From: an uncultured Acidobacteriota bacterium
GTDB lineage: Bacteria > Acidobacteriota > Vicinamibacteria > Vicinamibacterales > 2-12-FULL-66-21
Length of the DNA: 64,000 bases
Direction of reading: 5' to 3'
Assembly: GCA_963817635.1 (NCBI GenBank)
Contig: CAWFPR010000020.1
Coordinates: forward strand, 54,866-118,865
The notes beneath the pieces were generated by a model. The model was given only the letters and a program-made list of their open reading frames with translations. It was not told the DNA's origin and searched no databases. Every line of letters begins with the position of its first letter. Position 1 is the first letter of the stretch. Of this stretch, positions 58,145 to 64,000 are shown piece by piece. The position numbers and the translations under genes were made by a program.

Positions 58145-61100
58145 GCGATCCACCTGCCAGGCGCTCAGAACAAGGTACTTGATCCCAAGCTGGACGACGC
58201 GTCCGTCCTGCGCGGACGTGATCCGGCCGAAGTTCGCAGTATTGATCGCCCCGCTCGGGTTGTTGAAGCGCACCTGGTTGAAGACGTCGAACGCCTCGAG
58301 CCGCAGCTGGAGGCGCTGGGTGCCGGTGAACGGGATGTTCTTGAAGAGCGACAGGTCAGTCGACGCGAACCCGGGACCCCGTATCGTGTTGCGTCCGGCG
58401 TTGCCCGGACGCTCCCCGGTCGCGGCGAGCGGACGCGTCGTGAAGCACGCGGTGTCGAACCACTGGTCGATCGTGTGCGGTGCGCCGGCGTTCGGATCGC
58501 AGGTCGCGTCGGGCCGGTTGGTCAGGTACTGAATGCTCAGCTGCGAGTTCGTGGCCGACAGCGGGAACCCGGTCTGCGCCTGGACGATGCCGTTGACCTG
58601 CCAGCCGCCGATGAGGTGCCGCACGACAGGTCCCATGCCGCCTGGCGTCGGCAGCTCCGCGCCGAAGCTCAGGACGAACCGGTGGCGCACGTCGAAGAGC
58701 GCGTCGCCCCACTCGTAGTCGAGCGCGCGATCGAAGGACGCCTGGTCGCCGATGGTCACCGGCAGCACCGGGCGCGATTCGCCGCCGATGTTCAACCCCG
58801 ACACGTGATCCTTCGCGTGGCCCAGCGTGTAGGAGGCCAGGAACGTCAGGCCGTGGCTCGCCCGCATCCTGAGGCTCGCCTGGAGCGAGTCGTATCGCGA
58901 CCGGGCGGCCGAGAACGTCGGCCGCACCAGGGAATACGCGGGGAAGATCCGCGCGCCCGGCGCCGTCTGGCCCGGGGTGAAGACGCCCGGGTTCACCTCC
59001 ATGAAGATCGGCAGGTGCCGGCCGCGCGACCCGACGTAGCCGATTTCGGCGCCGAGGTTGTCGCCGATCTGGTGCTGCACGGTCGCGTTGAAGTGATAGG
59101 CGTACGGCGTCTGGAAGTCCTCTCCCCAGCCGATGACGATCAGGCCGGGCGGGAACGCCGTCGGACCGCCGCTGATGGCGGAGAGCGGATTGCTCAGCGT
59201 GATGCTCGCCGGCGGCGCGTTCACCTCGACGAGCGGCGTGAAGGGCGGCGCCAGCACGCCGTTCTGGAAGAAGTCGCCCTGGCCGGCCAGCGCGTCGTAG
59301 AACATGCCCCAGGCGCCGCGGACCGTCGTCCGGCCGTTGCCCATCGGGTCCCACACGACGCCGAGGCGCGGCGCGAAGTTGTTCTTGTCGGTCGCGTACG
59401 TGCCGCGCGGCACGCCGGGATCGCCCGGGTAGACGAGCCCCGCGGGCGCGTCGGGGAAGCGCGTGGACTGCACGCCGGGGTGGAACGCGTTGAGCGCGTC
59501 GTTCTTGTCCACGAACGGCTGCGACAGCTCGTAACGCACGCCGGCGCTGACGGTCAGGTTGTGCGCGGTGCGCCACTCGTCCTGCGCGTAGGCTGCGTAG
59601 AGATAGCCGATGCCGTCCTGCGCCTGGTTCGTCGTCGTGCGGCGGAACTGCGACGGCAGGCCGAGCAGGAAGTCGGCGGCCGCGTTCCCCGAGTTCACGC
59701 CGTTGAACGTGAAGTCGCCGTTCGGGCGGTTGATGAACGCGATCACCATGTGTTCCCTGCGGATGTCCGCGCCGAACTTCATGCTGTGCGAGCCGCGCGT
59801 CCACGTGAAGTCGTCGGTGAACTGGAACACCTCGTTGACGCGCTTGACGAACGGCTGCTGAGCATCGCCGAGCGTGAAGAAGCCGCTGACGCTGATCGAC
59901 GCGAGCCCGGGCGCCAGCGCGTTCGTGTTCGGCACGTTGATCCCGTAGTCCTCGTTCGCGAGGCCGGACGTCACCGCCGGGTGCGCGTCGATGCGGTTAT
60001 AGGAGACGCGCGCCACGTTGATCGCATGCTGCGAGAGGATGAACGTGTGCGAGCCGAGGTAGTCGCTGAGCGTGGCCTTCGACGTGTTGCCGATCGCCTG
60101 CGTGACGGCCGGCGTGCTCGCGTCCGTCTTCGTCATCAGGAAGCGGCCGAGGATCGACTGGCGGTCGGTCATCCGGTAGTCGATGCGGATGCCGCCGTTG
60201 TCGCGGTTGTCGGTGGTCTCGGGTGACGCGATGTACCGATTGGCGCCGGAATTGGCGTGCGGGACGAAGTCCTCGATGAGCTGCAGCGCCGACTGACTGA
60301 TCCGCCCCTGCGGAATCGTGTTGTTGTCGAATGGGAGCCCGGTGAGCGGATCGCGGATCGTCGTGCTCCCGAAATTGCCGGCGCGCTGCGCGTCGGTCAG
60401 GACGACGACGTTGGTCGTGTTCCCGCGCGTGTTCCGGTACCCCTCGTAGTAGCCGAACCCGAACAGCTTGTTGTGCACGACCGGCCCGCCCGCGCTGCCG
60501 CCGTACTGGTTCTGCCTGAGCTTGGGCTTGGCCTGCGATGCCGGCGCGAAGAAGTTGCGAGCCTGGAGCGCATCGTTCCGGTTGAACTCCCAGGCGGCGC
60601 CGTGCAGATCGTTGGTCCCCGCCCGCGTCACGACGTTGACGACGGATCCGGAGTTGCGGCCGTACTCCGCGCTGTAGGAGTGCGTCTGGATCTTGAATTC
60701 CTGGATGGCGTCAGGGGGCGGCCGCATGACGAATCCGGTGTTGAACGTGTCGTTGTTGCTGGCGCCGTCGAGCAGGAAGTTGTTCGACTGGTTGCGCATG
60801 CCGTTGACGCTGAAGCCGGCGGTCGTCGCGCCGAAGCCGCCCGGTGTCGCGTCGCCGGCCGAGCCGCCGAGGCCAGGCGGCGGCGCGACGACGCCCGGGA
60901 TGAGCGTGCCGAGCTGGGTGAAGTTGCGCCCGTTGAGCGGCAGCTCCTCGACCTTCTTTTCGTCGATGACCGTGCCCATCGAGGCGCTCGCGGTTTCCAC
61001 GAGCGGCGCCTCGCCGGTCACGCGCACCGATTCCTCGACCTGTCCGACGGTGAGCCGGACGTCCACGCGCGACGTGCTCTCGACCGACACGCGGACGCCC

Positions 61101-61381
61101 TGCCGCACGGCGGTCCGGAATCCCTGCAGCGTCGCCGTGACGGTGTAAGGACCGGGCTGCAGCAACGGGGCGCTGTAGAACCCGTCGCTGCCGGTCACGA
61201 CCGTCCTCGCCTGCCCGGTCGCCGTGTTGGCGACCGCCACCGTTACGCCGGGCATCACGGCGCCCGACTCATCCGTCACGACGCCCGAGATGGTGCCTGT
61301 CGCCTGCGCGAACGCCGTCCCGGGCGCCAGCCATCCGGTTGCTGCGGTCAGCAGCACCAGCACGATCACATGCTTGCGCAT
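58145..61381 (-). CDS. TonB-dependent receptor with an N-terminal CarboxypepD_reg domain (no in-frame stop before the S58 gene)
   Basis: Signal peptide MRKHVIVLVLLTAATGWLAPGTAFA, GTISGVVTDESGAVMPGVTV...GFY, a plug, and a long beta-barrel ending ...GRVVQLGIKYL. A TGA exists only in the +1 frame at 58165-58167. Confidence 0.85.
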
Positions 61382-61601
61382 TTCCGACTCCCTCGTTAAC
61401 GGCGGGGCTCCCACACCCCGCCTGTCATCCGCCGTGGACTCCCCCGCCCACGCGCGCCGCCCGCCCTCCCGAGCGTATGAGGCGATCGGCCGTTTCGGTC
61501 CGTCTCAGGTCACTCCGCTGCTCCTCCGCTGTCTCGTGAAGCTGCCGCTTGTATCTGAAATCTGTCAGGTCTGTCAATCCGCGGTGGCTGCGTGCCGCGG
61601 C

Positions 61602-62879
61602 CTATGGCGACTCCGTGAGCTCGAGCACCGAGAGCGCCAGCACTTTCGTGGCATTCACCAGGTCGTCGATGCCGCACCATTCGTCCGGCTGGTGGGCCAG
61701 GTCGAGGATCCCCGGTCCGTAGGCCACGCAGTTGGGGATGCCGGCGATCCGATCTATGTGCTTCTGGTCGTAGGTGCCGGGGCTGGCGGCCTCGGTCGCG
61801 GGCCGGCCCAGGATGCGCTGAATGCCGCGCGCGAGCGAAGCCACGAGCGGCGATCCGTCCGGTGTGCGGACCGGATGCACGACCATCAGATCGCGCAGTT
61901 CACAGTCCATGCGCGGCACCTCGGCGGACGTCCGCGCGAGCAGCGCCTGGATCTCTGCCTTCGTCGCGTCGAACCCCTCTTCGAGCAGGAACCGCCGGTC
62001 GAACACGGCCCGGCAGAAATCCGCGACGCACGGGGTCTGGATGCCGTCGACGGGCTGTCCGCCGGCAATCCCGTTGATGTTCAGGGTGGCATGACGCGCG
62101 CCCTCCGGCACGACCGGCACCTGCGTGGTGCGCGCGGCCAGCTGCGGCAGCAGCTCGCGGCGCATCGTGTCGAGGATGATGCCCATGTGTTCGATCGCGC
62201 TCACGCCGAGAAACGGCATGCTGCCGTGGCCGATGCGACCGTGTGTGGTCAGCTCGAACCAGTAGACGCCGCGGTGCCCGATGCAGATGCGGTCCACGTT
62301 GAGCGGTTCGGGGATGATGACGTAGTCCTGCCGCGCGGCGCTGAGGCGGCCGTGCTGCGCCAGCCACGCGACGCCGGCGAAGCCGCCGCTCTCCTCGTCG
62401 ACGGTGCCGCTGATTTCAATCGACCCGTTGAGCGCCACGCCGGCCCGGCGGATCGCCTCGGCGGCGTACACGGCGGCGGCGATGCCGGCCTTCATGTCGC
62501 AGGATCCGCGTCCGTAGATCCGGCCGTCGCGGACGTCCCCGCCGAACGGATCGACCGTCCAGCCCGAACCGGCCGGCACGACGTCGAAGTGGCCGTTGAG
62601 GTGGACGGCCGGGCGCGGCGCGCGGCCTCGGCGGAGCCCGACCACGTTGACCCGCGGGTGGGTGGTGGTGTGTTCGGGCCGGCCGACCGCGGGGTGGTAC
62701 TCGACCTCGAACCCGCCGGCCTCGAGCCGGTCGCCAATCAGCCGCGCGCACTCCTCGTACGCCTCGCCGGGCGGATTCACCGTCGGCACGCGGATGAGGT
62801 CGGACGTGAACGCCACCATCTCGTCGGCGGCGTCGTCCACGGCGCCGAGGACGCGGTCGATCGCGGACGACGAAATCAT
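61602..62879 (-). CDS. M20 family metallopeptidase (ArgE/DapE-like deacylase)
   Basis: LNGHFDVVP, GRGSCDMKAG, VDEESGG and IIPEP are the metal-binding and catalytic motifs of M20. Confidence 0.85.
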   Translation of the reverse strand: MISSSAIDRVLGAVDDAADEMVAFTSDLIRVPTVNPPGEAYEECARLIGDRLEAGGFEVEYHPAVGRPEHTTTHPRVNVVGLRRGRAPRPAVHLNGHFDVVPAGSGWTVDPFGGDVRDGRIYGRGSCDMKAGIAAAVYAAEAIRRAGVALNGSIEISGTVDEESGGFAGVAWLAQHGRLSAARQDYVIIPEPLNVDRICIGHRGVYWFELTTHGRIGHGSMPFLGVSAIEHMGIILDTMRRELLPQLAARTTQVPVVPEGARHATLNINGIAGGQPVDGIQTPCVADFCRAVFDRRFLLEEGFDATKAEIQALLARTSAEVPRMDCELRDLMVVHPVRTPDGSPLVASLARGIQRILGRPATEAASPGTYDQKHIDRIAGIPNCVAYGPGILDLAHQPDEWCGIDDLVNATKVLALSVLELTESP

Positions 62880-63083
62880 GGGTGGCGACAATTACAGGAA
62901 ACGTGCACCGTTGTCAAACATCCGCGGGTCAAGTAGGATCGCGGCTCGCCATCGTGCCGCCAGACGATCGCCCCGGCCCACCGTCCGCCGCCGAGCGCAC
63001 GCGCACCTCGCACTGGTGGTTCAATCCGTCGGACGCCGAGGCCGTCCTCCTCTGGATCAACACGCCGCCGACGTTCTGATGCC

Positions 63084-64000
63084 GTGAACCTCGACCTCGC
63101 ACTCCTCATCGTGTATTCGATCGCGCTGACCGCCGGCGGCGTGTGGGTGTCGCGCAGCGTGCGCGGCAGCGGCGATTTCTTCGTCGCGGGGCGGACGCTG
63201 TCGGCGCCGCTCATCTTCGCGACCGTGCTGGCGTCCAACATCGGCGCCGGCACGACCGTGGGGGCGACGGGGCTCGCCTACGAGCAGGGGATCTCGGCGT
63301 GGTGGTGGAACGGATCGGCGGCGATTGGCTCGTTCGCGCTCGCGTTCTGGATCGGCCCGCGCATGTGGCGCCTGGCCTCGGACCATGGCTTCTACACGGC
63401 CGGCGACTTCCTGGAGTTCCGCTACAACGCCACCGTGCGGGGCGTGGTCGGCAGCTTCATCTGGCTCGGCACGCTCGCCATCCTCGCCGGGCAGCTCATC
63501 GCCGGCGCCGCGGTGCTGAGCGTCGTCGCCGGCGTGCCGAAGGACGCTGGCGTCGTGATTGGCGCCCTCGTCATGACGGTCTACTTCGTCGCCGGCGGGC
63601 TCCTCAGCTCCGCCTGGGTGAACCTCTTCCAGCTCATCGTCCTCATCGCCGGGTTCCTCCTCGCAATGCCGCTGCTCTATGCGGGCGTCGGCGGCGCGCC
63701 GGCGTTCGCGAACCTGACGGCGCCGCAGCCCGGCTACTGGGACATCATGTATTCGACCGGGTCGGGCATGTCCGGCTGGGCCATGCTCGCGGTGCTGACG
63801 CCGGCCTTCATGATTTCTCCGGGCCTGCTCCAGAAAGCCTACGGCGCGAGGGACGAGCGCGCCGTGCGGCTCGGGATCGGACTCCAGGGAGGCGCGCAGA
63901 TGATCTTCGCGTGCATCCCGGTGTTCTTCGGCCTGGCCGCGCGCGCCGCCCACCTCGAGATCGCCAGTCCCAACCTCGTCCTGCCGACGGTGCTGGCGAC
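63084..64000 (+). CDS. sodium:solute symporter family transporter (3' end outside window)
   Basis: GTG start. VNLDLALLIVYSIALTAGGVWVSR...GDFFVAGRTLSAPLIFATVLASNIGAGTTVGATGLAYEQG is the SSF N-terminal signature. The frame is open to the window end and is not listed in the ORF track. Confidence 0.8.
   Translation, partial: MNLDLALLIVYSIALTAGGVWVSRSVRGSGDFFVAGRTLSAPLIFATVLASNIGAGTTVGATGLAYEQGISAWWWNGSAAIGSFALAFWIGPRMWRLASDHGFYTAGDFLEFRYNATVRGVVGSFIWLGTLAILAGQLIAGAAVLSVVAGVPKDAGVVIGALVMTVYFVAGGLLSSAWVNLFQLIVLIAGFLLAMPLLYAGVGGAPAFANLTAPQPGYWDIMYSTGSGMSGWAMLAVLTPAFMISPGLLQKAYGARDERAVRLGIGLQGGAQMIFACIPVFFGLAARAAHLEIASPNLVLPTVLA

Noticed and set aside
57035-61414. 1459-aa TBDR-peptidase fusion protein
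   Set aside because: The second half begins with its own Shine-Dalgarno, ATG and signal peptide, and a TTC-TGA lies one frame over at the expected receptor end. It is treated as two genes joined by a probable one-base error.
61415-61600. Cobalamin or other riboswitch in the approximately 165-nt leader of the TonB-dependent receptor
   Set aside because: A plausible TTGACA-17-ATACAA promoter (61549-61577, minus strand) and a GGCGGGG...CCCCGCC hairpin exist. I could not find a B12 box or any other riboswitch core, so there is insufficient evidence.

Overview
GC-rich bacterial chromosomal segment. The gene content (CarboxypepD_reg-type TonB-dependent receptor, ECF sigma paired with a Ser/Thr kinase, many TPR/FG-GAP proteins) suggests Acidobacteriota or a similar phylum, but this is inference only and GC content was not computed. 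Core genes include tal, a KaiC-like ATPase with a histidine kinase and LuxR-type response regulator, two S9 peptidases, the conserved SRP RNA-dnaX-ybaB-recR block, a GH13 enzyme, a radical-SAM/methyltransferase/glycosyltransferase operon, and a TBDR-S58 peptidase-PhoD operon. The main points are: (1) A composite accessory locus at tRNA-Asn (26.3-35.4 kb) is delimited by four direct copies of the tRNA 3' half. It carries a DDE transposase, HigBA, a DUF433/DUF5615 pair, and a tightly coupled short-Rhs nuclease toxin/immunity cassette. (2) Two inverted arrays of an 11-nt tandem repeat bracket a small cupin gene (54.4-55.4 kb), and other intergenic spacers hold different 6-7 nt micro-arrays. (3) Three large ORFs with no domain I recognise sit among gene remnants at 11.5-16.2 kb. 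(4) At least about 14 apparent single-base insertion frameshifts interrupt otherwise recognisable genes, including dnaX, phoD, the rSAM gene and a lipid head-group cluster. These are more likely consensus errors than true pseudogenes. No rRNA genes or CRISPR arrays were seen.
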